Sequence record: NC_061443.1
DNA: 64,000 nt
Strand: one strand, 5' to 3'
This document shows positions 46,171-56,004 of the stretch, in pieces (within the stretch, counting starts at the first letter, position 1; the number at the start of each line of letters is the position of its first letter). The notes under the pieces were generated by a model, which was given only the letters and a program-made list of their open reading frames with translations, had not been told where the DNA came from and searched no databases. The position numbers and the translations under genes are program-made.

Positions 46171-46701
46171 TTAGTATTTGATACGCATATCAGCTAGGCG
46201 CAGAGGCTGACCAGCAGTAACAGTACCACCAACGATTTTCAGATCAGCTGTGGAGTTTTCATCTCCTACAGTACCGACGATAATAACATAGCCTGTACCG
46301 CCGCCTGCGAAGCCTGCAAAAGTATCTGCTGCTGACGCCGATGAAAGACGCATCATGAACCACGTAGGAGTTCCTGATGTAGCGATAGTCGCTAAGTTCT
46401 GCTGGGCACTGAACGGCAGTTGGATAACGTTGTTGTCGTAATCCATGACGATTGGCATAGCGCCGCACATCAAGTCGCCTAGGAAGTTGGTGGCAGTAGC
46501 GAACGGCGCGATAGTAGCAGAAGACCACGTAACGGCGTTAGCAATAGGCGTAATAAGAGCAGACAATTGCGCGTCAGTTGGCATAGTGCCGTTGAACAGA
46601 CCTATGTGCGTAGTGTTGGCTGCGCTGCTTGACCCTGGACTTAGACGAGTGTTAATCGCAACCATGGCCATGAATGAGTTGTACGCTTTAGATACGCGCA
46701 T
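46171..46701 (-). CDS. putative virion protein, short paralogue
   Basis: IGLFNGTMPT...GTVGDENSTADLKIVGG. Confidence 0.6.
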   Translation of the reverse strand: MRVSKAYNSFMAMVAINTRLSPGSSSAANTTHIGLFNGTMPTDAQLSALITPIANAVTWSSATIAPFATATNFLGDLMCGAMPIVMDYDNNVIQLPFSAQQNLATIATSGTPTWFMMRLSSASAADTFAGFAGGGTGYVIIVGTVGDENSTADLKIVGGTVTAGQPLRLADMRIKY

Positions 46702-46702
46702 A

Positions 46703-47761
46703 TTAGTATACCTCCAATGTAATCGGCGTATATGAAACAGTGAACGAGCCGACAGCCTGTTCCTGCCCTGGGTACGGAGTTGCGTCAGTGATCAACAGGT
46801 CGAAGTTCGCAGACTGTTTGATATCGTCAGTGACGGTCAGACCGTAATGAGGGAAGAAGCGTCCATAAGAGTTTACCGCCATGTTCTGAGACATAGCAGG
46901 GATGCCGTATGCAGTACCGAAGCCATGAGGGAACATAACCGCGTGCTGCACTTTGCCCAAAGTACGAGGAGCAGAACCAGCAGCGTAGTCCCCATAGAAG
47001 TGCAGAGCAAACGTACCGATACCATTCTGGAATGGGTTGGTGACTGCTTTCGTCACGATACGGAATCGACGCGCTTGTACAGTAGCAGGCAGTTGATAGT
47101 AGCGTTCGCTGTTGGCGGCTGTCTGGAACAGATTGGCCGTGATGCTTGTAACATCGACCCAGCTACTGCCCTGCTGCATCTGCAGGAACGTCATGTTCGC
47201 TGCCGTGTTGCTTAGGATGTTATTGCCGCTTGTGGTGAGTGTGATACTCGCCAAAGAGTTGATAACAACGTCAGCACCGAAGTCGTATTCAGCCAACGTC
47301 CACGAACCGTCTGCGTTAACTGTCTTAACACGACACACAGAGGCCGCAGCAGGAGGCGCAGTGCATGGCGCTTGGAGTGCTGTAGTTGTAGACGCTGCGC
47401 GGTGCCACAGGATAGTTGCGAACAGCATGTCCTGCTGGTACATAGAATAGCTTAGGTTCGTGTCAACAACGTCTTGATAGACTTGGCTGTAGCTGTTGAA
47501 CGTAACTTTAGGCAGAACACGCTTGCCCCGGTAGCCCTGAGCGGTTGTCCATGCTGGTGCAGGAGACGACTGGAGTGCTGTAGTGTTAGGCATCAGCGTG
47601 TGTTGACCGCCACCAATCTGAGACTGAATGAACGCACGAGCACTGATCATGTTGTTCAGCACAGTCTGAATGTCATAGTTCACTGGGTTAGGAAGATTCC
47701 CTTCCATGAATGCGCCGTACATTACAGTAGGTGCGTTTTGGTAAATCGGTAGAATTTTCAT
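46703..47761 (-). CDS. putative virion protein, long paralogue with discoidin-like insert
   Basis: AEYDFG...SWVDVT...VQARRFRIV. Confidence 0.6.
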   Translation of the reverse strand: MKILPIYQNAPTVMYGAFMEGNLPNPVNYDIQTVLNNMISARAFIQSQIGGGQHTLMPNTTALQSSPAPAWTTAQGYRGKRVLPKVTFNSYSQVYQDVVDTNLSYSMYQQDMLFATILWHRAASTTTALQAPCTAPPAAASVCRVKTVNADGSWTLAEYDFGADVVINSLASITLTTSGNNILSNTAANMTFLQMQQGSSWVDVTSITANLFQTAANSERYYQLPATVQARRFRIVTKAVTNPFQNGIGTFALHFYGDYAAGSAPRTLGKVQHAVMFPHGFGTAYGIPAMSQNMAVNSYGRFFPHYGLTVTDDIKQSANFDLLITDATPYPGQEQAVGSFTVSYTPITLEVY

Positions 47762-47830
47762 ATCATGCCCTTGGTTTAAAGACAGTTCAAATTAATGAGG
47801 TGACGCCCAATCAAGAACGCCACCTTCAGA

Positions 47831-48358
47831 TTACAGTTGGAAAGTCATATCGAGGAAGCGATATGCTTGGCCTGTCTTAATCGTACCACCGATGAACTGG
47901 AGTTCAGCATCAGAGCCTTGATCGCCTACAGTACCCATCCACGCAGGACCTGCAAGCAACGTGCCTGTAGAAGACGACAGTACGAAGTTAACCCACGACG
48001 CAGAAGCCGCTCCAGCAGCAGCTACGATACGCGCCACATAGTATGTAGGAGTACCATCAGCAACACCTGTCAGCGTAGCAGCATTTCCGGCAAACGGCAG
48101 AGTCACTGTGCGTGGTCCAACGTTAACAACAGGAGTCATTGCAGCGAATGCGATTGAACCTAAGAAGTTAGCTTGTGTCAGACCTAATGCAGTCACTGCC
48201 TTGAGGTTCCAGCCCGAACCTGGTAGTTGCGAGAAGATCTGATTGAAATCAGGCTTGGGCCCTTTGAACAACGCGATGTGAAGCGTGTTCGCCGCAATCG
48301 CTGTGGCAGGGAACCCACCATTGATTGCGGCGAGTGATGCACCTTTGTTGCTAATCAT
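47831..48358 (-). CDS. putative virion protein, short paralogue
   Basis: IALFKGPKPD...GTVGDQGSDAELQFIGG. Confidence 0.6.
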   Translation of the reverse strand: MISNKGASLAAINGGFPATAIAANTLHIALFKGPKPDFNQIFSQLPGSGWNLKAVTALGLTQANFLGSIAFAAMTPVVNVGPRTVTLPFAGNAATLTGVADGTPTYYVARIVAAAGAASASWVNFVLSSSTGTLLAGPAWMGTVGDQGSDAELQFIGGTIKTGQAYRFLDMTFQL

Positions 48359-49434
48359 ACGCCCCTCCCAATAATAGACGCGAGTTGCACACGGAACGAA
48401 GGTACAGGCACTGCACCGAATGACGTATTGTACGTCGTGTCCAGCATGTTGATATCGAAGTTCGCCGCCTGCTTGATATCGTCAGTGATAGTCAAGTGCA
48501 TCATCGCACAGTAACGACTCTGTACGGTAGTGACTGCCGCAGGCCAGTTGAAATACCAAGTCGCTGTTGGAGAGTAAGCAGCAGCGGCCTGCAGGTGCAA
48601 CACTGTCATGTGCTTGTACTTGCCTAACGTGCGGGGCTTCTGATCTGTGTACGTTGCATAGAACTGCAAGCCGAACGGATAGTGCCCGGTAGTAGACCAA
48701 GGCCACGCAACAGTTTTGTTCACCAGTCTAAATTTCTGCGCTTTGACTTTCGTCGGCAGTTCGTAAGTAACAGCCGTGTTGTTGGTGGTGGTACGCAGGT
48801 TGTCATAGGTGTGTATAACATCAGTCCACGCGCCGTTAACGAACGCTTGCACATAGGTCTGTTGAGTACCCATAACCATCTGACCCGCAACGGCCGCACC
48901 CATCGAGTAGCCAACCAGAGCACCCAGCTCAATCTCCGCGCCGAAGTCATACTCCGCACACAGATACCAGCCTTCATCAGTCAAGTTATACTGAGGACTC
49001 AGGTTGTTCGCTACGTTCGACAGGAAGAAGTCTGTGGATGTAGTCATGCGATGCGCAAGCAGACACGCAGCAACCGCTTCCAGATACTGGTTAAGCGTAG
49101 CGACGAATCGAGGTTCGACGGCAGGCAGCTTAATCTTAGGAATGATGCGACGCTTAATAGTGAACGCACTGCCATATCCATTCGCAACACCATCCATTTC
49201 AATCCACGCAGGAAGAAAACGGCTCGTGTTGAACGAACTGATATCATAAGGCTGATACGACCAACGTGCCGGGTTAGTGCTCATAGTAGTTCTTGCGAAC
49301 AGGCGCATTGCGATAGCGTCATTGATTGCGCTATGCAGAGACTTCTCACCATTCGCTGGAGCGTCTGTATCGTACAGAAGGCCCAGACAGATGTTTGCAG
49401 AAGCACTCAGGGACTGCGTAGGATAGAGTTCCAT
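48355..49434 (-). CDS. putative virion protein, long paralogue with discoidin-like insert
   Basis: probable start MELYP; AEYDFG...AWTDVI...VKAQKFRLV. Confidence 0.6.
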   Translation of the reverse strand: MELYPTQSLSASANICLGLLYDTDAPANGEKSLHSAINDAIAMRLFARTTMSTNPARWSYQPYDISSFNTSRFLPAWIEMDGVANGYGSAFTIKRRIIPKIKLPAVEPRFVATLNQYLEAVAACLLAHRMTTSTDFFLSNVANNLSPQYNLTDEGWYLCAEYDFGAEIELGALVGYSMGAAVAGQMVMGTQQTYVQAFVNGAWTDVIHTYDNLRTTTNNTAVTYELPTKVKAQKFRLVNKTVAWPWSTTGHYPFGLQFYATYTDQKPRTLGKYKHMTVLHLQAAAAYSPTATWYFNWPAAVTTVQSRYCAMMHLTITDDIKQAANFDINMLDTTYNTSFGAVPVPSFRVQLASIIGRGV

Positions 49435-49435
49435 A

Positions 49436-50014
49436 TTAGCTCCATGCAATGTTGTTGAGGCTGATGGTTCCGTTGAGAGTAAACGTACCATCACCATTGT
49501 CCGTCAGCGGAGCGCCCATACTGATTAGGTCTTGTGGCGTAAGCTCAATCACAGAAGCAATCGCCACAGTTGCAGCCGCAATAACACCCGTACTGTTACC
49601 CAGCAGGATATACATGCGGTTGAACGGCTTAGCATAGCTGAAACGTCCGAGCAGGTTGAACAGGTCAAGCATACGCTTACCCTGCCCTAAGTTTACGACA
49701 CGCACCGAGCCTGTAGATATAGGAGCAGTGTCCATCACACAACCCGGCAGGTTCGCCGTCAAATAAGTACGAAGTGTGTTAAGACTGAACACGGACAGAG
49801 CTTGGTTGTTCCACACTGTATCGGTAATCGTATCTCCAGTAGAAAACACGATAGCCGCTGTACGCTCTGCGCTGATTGTACTACCACCAGCCTGAATGTT
49901 TCCTGCACCGAAAGATGCCATAACGTTCGGCTGCCACGGCAGATCAATGGAAGGGTTTGCAGTAGACCCAAGCGAATCACCACGCATGTTGAGCATAGCT
50001 TTTGAAATATACAT
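49436..50014 (-). CDS. putative virion protein, divergent short paralogue
   Basis: occupies short-gene slot of the array; IVFSTGD. Confidence 0.5.
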   Translation of the reverse strand: MYISKAMLNMRGDSLGSTANPSIDLPWQPNVMASFGAGNIQAGGSTISAERTAAIVFSTGDTITDTVWNNQALSVFSLNTLRTYLTANLPGCVMDTAPISTGSVRVVNLGQGKRMLDLFNLLGRFSYAKPFNRMYILLGNSTGVIAAATVAIASVIELTPQDLISMGAPLTDNGDGTFTLNGTISLNNIAWS

Positions 50015-50916
50015 CAGTTGCTCCTCTGGGTGAATCGCAGTTTAGGGCAGTACATGACCGTCTTCTGCGTAGGGATGATATCGCCGATGATCTTGTAAGG
50101 ACCCTGATTGCCTACGGCACCCGCAGCATACATAATCTCGTCAGAGTAATCAGTATCGCCGTGTGTGAACGTGTTGCAGTGCGCAAGGACAGCCCACGTA
50201 GGTGCGGTTTGTGCGACTGCCGGTGGAGTATCTACAGTAGACAGCAGAATGCGTTGTGCTGTAGCAGTCGTAGGCTTCGTGTACTTATAGCGATAGCGCT
50301 TGGAGGCAACAGGAGTAGACAGCACCAGACATTGTGCATCACCTGCGATAGCGGTCGCCGTACCGAGTGATGTTTCAGTCTGACCATCGTCCGAAAGCGC
50401 AACGAGAACGAACGCGTCACCGTTGCTGCCTGTGAACTTAACGTGCGTGACAGTCGTTGGAGTGTCGAACTCGAAGTCAACGTCACTGGCGAAACGCGCA
50501 GCAGGAACCAGAGTCGAGCCTGAGCTTAAAATCAGCCCGATGCTACGATCAGTAAAGCCTGAACGAGTGATGCGATGAGGCATAAGCTGATAAGCCACAG
50601 TATTAGCGCTGCCAATGGTCCCATAATACGATACCCCTTTAGGAATATACTGAGACTGTAAGGCAAGAGTAAGAACGTTGCCGCTCTCCACACCGCTAAT
50701 AGGATTGCGAATCATGCCGATAGACGTGTTGTACATATCAGCAAGTGACTTGTTATTGAAGGCTGCATCGAAGCCCTCTTTTGACGTAGGCAATTTTGAA
50801 CTAAACGCGAAGATGTTCCAGCCCGCACCCACATTAGGGTCATTGACCAGAGCAGCCAAGTTCGAGTTGGAGCCCACCATTGCCTGCGCCATGATGCGAG
50901 TATTAATAATCTTCAT
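50014..50916 (-). CDS. putative virion protein, long paralogue with discoidin-like insert
   Basis: DFEFDTPTTVTHV...LSDDG...VASKRYRY. Confidence 0.55.
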   Translation of the reverse strand: MKIINTRIMAQAMVGSNSNLAALVNDPNVGAGWNIFAFSSKLPTSKEGFDAAFNNKSLADMYNTSIGMIRNPISGVESGNVLTLALQSQYIPKGVSYYGTIGSANTVAYQLMPHRITRSGFTDRSIGLILSSGSTLVPAARFASDVDFEFDTPTTVTHVKFTGSNGDAFVLVALSDDGQTETSLGTATAIAGDAQCLVLSTPVASKRYRYKYTKPTTATAQRILLSTVDTPPAVAQTAPTWAVLAHCNTFTHGDTDYSDEIMYAAGAVGNQGPYKIIGDIIPTQKTVMYCPKLRFTQRSN

Positions 50917-51374
50917 TAGCTCACCACCGGTACGGCAGATTTGTTGTTCGCTTTAGTGTCAGACAGGTCAAGCGCACCAACAGTTACACGGAAGACGATG
51001 TTATCGAACAGCGGGTCGATCGTCTGATCAGTAACGAACTGTCCACTGACAAGAGGAATGTCTATGCGAGGAGCTGCCAGATTAGAGGCGAACGTTCTTG
51101 GCACAAACTTACTGACTACTTGACCTACCGCGTTAGCAACAAACAGCACTTGGTCCAATGCTGAAATCTGCTGGCGCTGAATCCAAGACAAGCGACCTTG
51201 AGTATACACTACCTGTGGGACAGTAGCGCTCGTCTGTTGGGCAATTGGTCCTGAAATAGATTCGTTGGTCACACGCTTAGACGGTTGAGAAGCAGAGCTT
51301 ACTTCGACCTGAGACAAAACGAACACGAAGTCCGCGAACATGTCCGGGTCATACGTTACGACTGGTACGAACAT
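50916..51374 (-). CDS. putative virion protein
   Basis: coupled within array; RVTVGALDL C-terminus. Confidence 0.5.
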   Translation of the reverse strand: MFVPVVTYDPDMFADFVFVLSQVEVSSASQPSKRVTNESISGPIAQQTSATVPQVVYTQGRLSWIQRQQISALDQVLFVANAVGQVVSKFVPRTFASNLAAPRIDIPLVSGQFVTDQTIDPLFDNIVFRVTVGALDLSDTKANNKSAVPVVS

Positions 51375-51376
51375 GA

Positions 51377-52468
51377 TTAGGCTCCTTGGCGGATCGCGTA
51401 GTTGTTGATGATAGGAGTATACGCTGCGTTGGCCTGTGCTGCATATCCACCAGTCACTTGCATACCCACTGTTGCAGGCTTGAGAACAGCATACACAAAC
51501 GTATCTACCACAGTACCGTCGATAGAGATTTTATGCGTAGACGTTGGAGCGTCATACTCATATTTGAGGTGAACAGTGCTGCCTCCCCAGAGTGCTGAGT
51601 AAGGAGAGATAGGGCGAACTACTTTAGCCGCAGCGGTACCGCCACCGACGTTATTCCACAGACAGAAGCCTTTCTCGTTCGAACGGTCGAAGGCGATAGT
51701 GAGGCGGTCTGTCAGCGATGCACTTGTACGCAGGAACGTCCACTCTGCATAGTCTGCGTTACCTGACTGGTGGTAGTCACATTCGACTGAGAACGACTTG
51801 CTTGGGTCAAACGTGGACGATGTTGCCAACGTCACGTTACCTGTTGTGCCTAAGTCAACACCAGAGCCGTCAGCAGCAAACTTCAAGTTACCGCTGGTGG
51901 TAGCATTGTTGCCTACGAGATCAGTGAACGCGCCTGTGTTGAAAGTACCGACAGAGAACGCAGCACGTTCTGTACCTGTGAGCCACGTAATGCCAGTATT
52001 CTCGGTCCACATCTGAGTAAGACTGATAGTGAACGCATTAATCGTTACCTGAGTCTTATATCCATTCGGGTCATAACGAACAACAAGGTCAGGATAGAGC
52101 AGCGTGACGTCAGGGCCAACTTGCAAACATACAGGCAGGATGCCACCGAGAATGAGGTGTGTAGGAACACCTTCAGCGGTAGCCGTCAACAGGCAGTCAG
52201 AGATGGACAGCTTATTGCGGTCGATAGTACGAACGCAGTTAGTGCCTTTCGCCAGCACGGTGCAGATGCCGCTAGACGCAGCAAGCGCAGCATCGAACAT
52301 GTAACCCGCACCAGTCTGAGGCTGATAATTAAGGCACTTGTTCAGGTCAGCCTCAACGAATCCGCTATTCAGTTTCACCAGATAGCAGGACTTATCGTCT
52401 GCCGTTGCCTGAGCGAATAGACGCGTCAACTGAGGCACGACAGAGTTTGCAAATAACTTGTAGTTCAT
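51377..52468 (-). CDS. putative virion protein with C-terminal LamG/ConA-like lectin domain
   Basis: probable start MNYKLF; GVDLG...FDPSKSFSVECDY...HLKYEYD...KISIDG. Confidence 0.55.
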   Translation of the reverse strand: MNYKLFANSVVPQLTRLFAQATADDKSCYLVKLNSGFVEADLNKCLNYQPQTGAGYMFDAALAASSGICTVLAKGTNCVRTIDRNKLSISDCLLTATAEGVPTHLILGGILPVCLQVGPDVTLLYPDLVVRYDPNGYKTQVTINAFTISLTQMWTENTGITWLTGTERAAFSVGTFNTGAFTDLVGNNATTSGNLKFAADGSGVDLGTTGNVTLATSSTFDPSKSFSVECDYHQSGNADYAEWTFLRTSASLTDRLTIAFDRSNEKGFCLWNNVGGGTAAAKVVRPISPYSALWGGSTVHLKYEYDAPTSTHKISIDGTVVDTFVYAVLKPATVGMQVTGGYAAQANAAYTPIINNYAIRQGA

Positions 52469-52469
52469 G

Positions 52470-53426
52470 TTATACCTCGGTGGACAGACGAAGCTGGGCG
52501 ACAGAAGAGAACTCACCAGGACCGAGAGCCGTAGCTAACAGTTCGATTGGCTTGCCGCTACCGATAGCTCCTACTTCACATGCGAAGTAAGTTGGAACGT
52601 AGCTGCCGTTAGCAAGAGCACCATAGTTAGTGTCTTGGATGACAACCAGTGCGCTGCGCATAGTTTTATATGCAGCATTCTGACTAACATCGGATGCAGT
52701 TACAGGCAAGACGCGACGAGTACCAGAGGTCTGGATGAAGCGGAAGCGCTTAGACGAAGTGGTAGGCGTAACAAGTACGTTACCCTCTTGGTTGGCCGCT
52801 AACGTCCATGCACGAGCAGTACCGACAACACCTGCGCCGTCGATAGGAGCAACTGTACCCGCCGCAGCAGAGGACATATCACCCACATCAGACAGAACAG
52901 CGTCGATAGTGACTTCATTATCGAAGGTCAGGTCAGTAGTTGAGAGATGAATACCTGGCATGAGCGCATCGTGAGGAATGCCTGCATAGTCCCACGGCCT
53001 GTAGCCAGCAGCACCGATACCCCACAGCGCTTTGTTGCCTGCGTCATTACTGGTGTTATACGCTGTCTGAATCTGAACCGAAGCAGCACCGTTATAACCG
53101 ACAGGAGTTGCCTTAGACGGATAGTGAACAGTCGCGCCGTTCTTAATCTCATACACATGACCAGAACGTGCTTTCCACCCTTCTTGACGATCCATAAGAG
53201 GCAGCAGACCTTCGGTGGTTGGCCACAGAGTCAAACGAGTAACCGCAACAGCATTGTCGAACAGTTTTCGCATGTCCAGCAGATGCTGAGAGAAGTCGCC
53301 TTGATCAGCAATCGCTGTGTCAAAGAAGAACACGTTAACAGTCTGACCGTTTGCTACGTTCGATGCCCAACCAGAGCCTTGGCTGAGTACACTGAACGGT
53401 AGTAAGTTGTGTCCTAAGATACGCAT
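52470..53426 (-). CDS. putative virion protein, long paralogue with discoidin-like insert
   Basis: DLTFDNEVTIDAV...SSKRFRFI; CEVGAIGSGKPIEL. Confidence 0.55.
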   Translation of the reverse strand: MRILGHNLLPFSVLSQGSGWASNVANGQTVNVFFFDTAIADQGDFSQHLLDMRKLFDNAVAVTRLTLWPTTEGLLPLMDRQEGWKARSGHVYEIKNGATVHYPSKATPVGYNGAASVQIQTAYNTSNDAGNKALWGIGAAGYRPWDYAGIPHDALMPGIHLSTTDLTFDNEVTIDAVLSDVGDMSSAAAGTVAPIDGAGVVGTARAWTLAANQEGNVLVTPTTSSKRFRFIQTSGTRRVLPVTASDVSQNAAYKTMRSALVVIQDTNYGALANGSYVPTYFACEVGAIGSGKPIELLATALGPGEFSSVAQLRLSTEV

Positions 53427-53923
53427 TAGAACTCCTTAGAATCTTTGACAACGGTAGCGAGGAACTTACCGTTACGCAGGTTAGCTGAGGTCAGAATCAA
53501 ATCTGCACCAGAGCCTGCAGCGCCGATAGTTAGAATCAGGAAGCCGCCGTACGGAGTGCTTGCGATATCTTTGTTGAAGACAATCACGTTGTACGTGCTC
53601 AACAGAGTTGTTATATCACCTGCAAAAGTACCTTGCAGCGTAGCAGCCAGGCGGAACTTGTACTTGTTATCTTGACCATGAATCCAACGCACAGGGTTTG
53701 TGCTAACTGTGGTCAAGTCGAGGACAGCAGTTGCACCAATAGCAGTCTGAACCGTGGTACCATCAGCAACGACGATGTTTGCAGGGTCAGGTACTTTGGC
53801 TAAACAGATTGTCTTCTGCATGTTAGACAGGCCGTATTTCAATGGCGGGTCAGAAGCAGGACGTTTTCCCGCATCTGGAATCGTAATGCCATTGACGACC
53901 AAAGGGAACGAAACTATTTCCAT
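53426..53923 (-). CDS. putative virion protein, short paralogue
   Basis: LTIGAAGSGADLIL. Confidence 0.55.
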   Translation of the reverse strand: MEIVSFPLVVNGITIPDAGKRPASDPPLKYGLSNMQKTICLAKVPDPANIVVADGTTVQTAIGATAVLDLTTVSTNPVRWIHGQDNKYKFRLAATLQGTFAGDITTLLSTYNVIVFNKDIASTPYGGFLILTIGAAGSGADLILTSANLRNGKFLATVVKDSKEF

Positions 53924-53940
53924 TGTGTTATCTCCAGTTG

Positions 53941-53974
53941 ACTCGCTATAAATTACTGAGAATGAATAGCGAGT
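53941..53974 (-). promoter_or_regulatory. 9-bp hairpin with TAATTT in loop, next to RBS
   Basis: minus strand ACTCGCTAT-tcattctcagTAATTT-ATAGCGAGT caactGGAG. Confidence 0.6.
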
Positions 53975-53986
53975 AGGAAGTGGTTG

Positions 53987-55033
53987 CTATAAAGTGAAAC
54001 GTTTTGGCAACACGACCGGCTCATACGTGTTGAACGTGCCTGTCAATATCTCGGTAGGCAGTACATGACCAGCAACAGCAAAGTCCGTGTTGACCTTAGA
54101 CACTACGGCGTACACAGGAGCTTTAACATCGAACGCAATTGGCATCATACCCCAAGCGATATCAACCGCAGGCGTATCTGCCGTAGTGCCCGTACCGAAG
54201 TAGATATTCTCAGGTACTGTCACTTGAGAAGACCCGTACGCTCCGGCCGAGTTAGTCGTGCTATAGCTCCAACCGCCGCCTGAGAAGTAATACGTTCCGT
54301 AGACACGAGTACGGTAGGCAGAGAATAGTCTCGGCCATGCTGCACCAACAGTGCCAAGATTGTATTGTGTCTTGGCGGATATGCTGCCCATGCTCGCTGA
54401 CGAGTAAGTCAACGTCAACACCTCAGGCGATGCTGTGGTCGTCAGGTAGATGTTCTGGATATACGAACTTATATCTTCTGACCAACGACCTATGCCACTA
54501 CTCGGACCATTGATTGTGCCAGAGGAAGAAGCACTGGTCGTGATGGCGTTGTCGTTCGTCTGATTGAGTGTGCAAGCAAACACGGTACCATCGAATGCAG
54601 GCAGCACCATATCAAAATAGCCGGGCAGAGTCGTTGCACCATTTGAAAGAGTGGGCAACAAACTGCATGAGCCTGTCCAGGCGTTTCCAACATAGTCATC
54701 CCGACCTATGCTGTAATAACGGCAGAACATATCCGTAGCAGACACCTGCTTGGTGTTGGTGCCCTCAATCAAACTGTTGGAGATTAGAGCACTCGGTACA
54801 TAGTTGTAATACAGGCGCCCTGCTCTCCATCCTGCTGTGCGCACACACTTCATGTTCCGGTCAACATCAGCCAGAGCGCAAAAGGAACGTGATTTGTTGA
54901 TCTTATCAATCAGGTCAGTGTACGAGGACTTTCTGTCCGGAGGAACAACATCGGAAGCAAACAAAAACATACGCTTCCGTGCTATCTCTATCTTCTTTTC
55001 GAGCAACTGAGATCCGTTCGAAACGAATAACAT
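53987..55033 (-). CDS. putative virion protein, second paralogue family
   Basis: MLFV...MFLFASD; S/T/G/Y-rich. Confidence 0.55.
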   Translation of the reverse strand: MLFVSNGSQLLEKKIEIARKRMFLFASDVVPPDRKSSYTDLIDKINKSRSFCALADVDRNMKCVRTAGWRAGRLYYNYVPSALISNSLIEGTNTKQVSATDMFCRYYSIGRDDYVGNAWTGSCSLLPTLSNGATTLPGYFDMVLPAFDGTVFACTLNQTNDNAITTSASSSGTINGPSSGIGRWSEDISSYIQNIYLTTTASPEVLTLTYSSASMGSISAKTQYNLGTVGAAWPRLFSAYRTRVYGTYYFSGGGWSYSTTNSAGAYGSSQVTVPENIYFGTGTTADTPAVDIAWGMMPIAFDVKAPVYAVVSKVNTDFAVAGHVLPTEILTGTFNTYEPVVLPKRFTL

Positions 55034-55041
55034 AATCGCCT

Positions 55042-55992
55042 CTATAACTTGATGCTGTCTGTCTTATACAGAACGGGTAATTCAGGTAACGCAACAGAGA
55101 ACGTATTCCCTACGTTTGTGGTACGTTGTGTGAAGTCATCGGGTCCGTATTTTACCACACGAACTCGCGTTCCTTCGTTAATGAATACTGCGAATTTGTC
55201 TAACGTGATCGTACCTTCTGCCAGAGCACTTGAACCATAAACAGCAGAACAAGGAACATTTCGGCCGCTATCAAATGCGTTACGGCGCGTAGGAGTAGTT
55301 GCACGCCAGTAGCCTCCATCCGACACTTGATTGAGGTAAGCACCCATAGAGAATGCCATAGCACCAGCAACGCTTGACTGCCACGATGAATAGCTCGTAC
55401 CTGTAAATGTGTACGACCAAGAGTGCGGTGTTATGCGAGCCTCTTGAGATCCAGTAGCGGTATAAATTCGTCTGCGGTGCGTGTACGAATCTCCTGTCTG
55501 ACGCGATGCCGTAGTTACTGTCACCTGCGTATCAGGGAATGATATCTGGTTCGTGGTAGGCGCCGCATTCTGCCCTATCTGAGTCGGAATCAAACAGAAA
55601 GGCGTAGCCCACCACGTATCAGTGTTCCCAGGAAAGGGAGTGCTATTGGCGAAGTTATCAATCATTGTCATTTGACCGCTCTTGCGACCGGACCCGTCCT
55701 TCAGTCCCGTCACAAGTAATGTTCGAAAGATAGCATCATCGGATGTAAAGTCCGGCTCCTCCGACATTAAGGTCAGTTTTGAATAATACACGCGAGCGCC
55801 GGTACCGTACGCAGCGATGCCCATAACAGGGTGAGCCGTAAAGCTATTACCTGCTTGAGCCGCTACTGAGCAACGACTGTTTCTTATAAGATCTCGTAGT
55901 TCACTCACTGAACTGAAATCTATGGTCTGCCCGGAGTCAAAGAAGAATCCGTACTTACGCACATCATCCTGTTTAGGAAGTACGAGTTGCAT
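55042..55992 (-). CDS. putative virion protein, second paralogue family
   Basis: YGFFFDSG...RNSRC. Confidence 0.55.
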   Translation of the reverse strand: MQLVLPKQDDVRKYGFFFDSGQTIDFSSVSELRDLIRNSRCSVAAQAGNSFTAHPVMGIAAYGTGARVYYSKLTLMSEEPDFTSDDAIFRTLLVTGLKDGSGRKSGQMTMIDNFANSTPFPGNTDTWWATPFCLIPTQIGQNAAPTTNQISFPDTQVTVTTASRQTGDSYTHRRRIYTATGSQEARITPHSWSYTFTGTSYSSWQSSVAGAMAFSMGAYLNQVSDGGYWRATTPTRRNAFDSGRNVPCSAVYGSSALAEGTITLDKFAVFINEGTRVRVVKYGPDDFTQRTTNVGNTFSVALPELPVLYKTDSIKL

Positions 55993-56004
55993 AACCTTTC
56001 CTTA

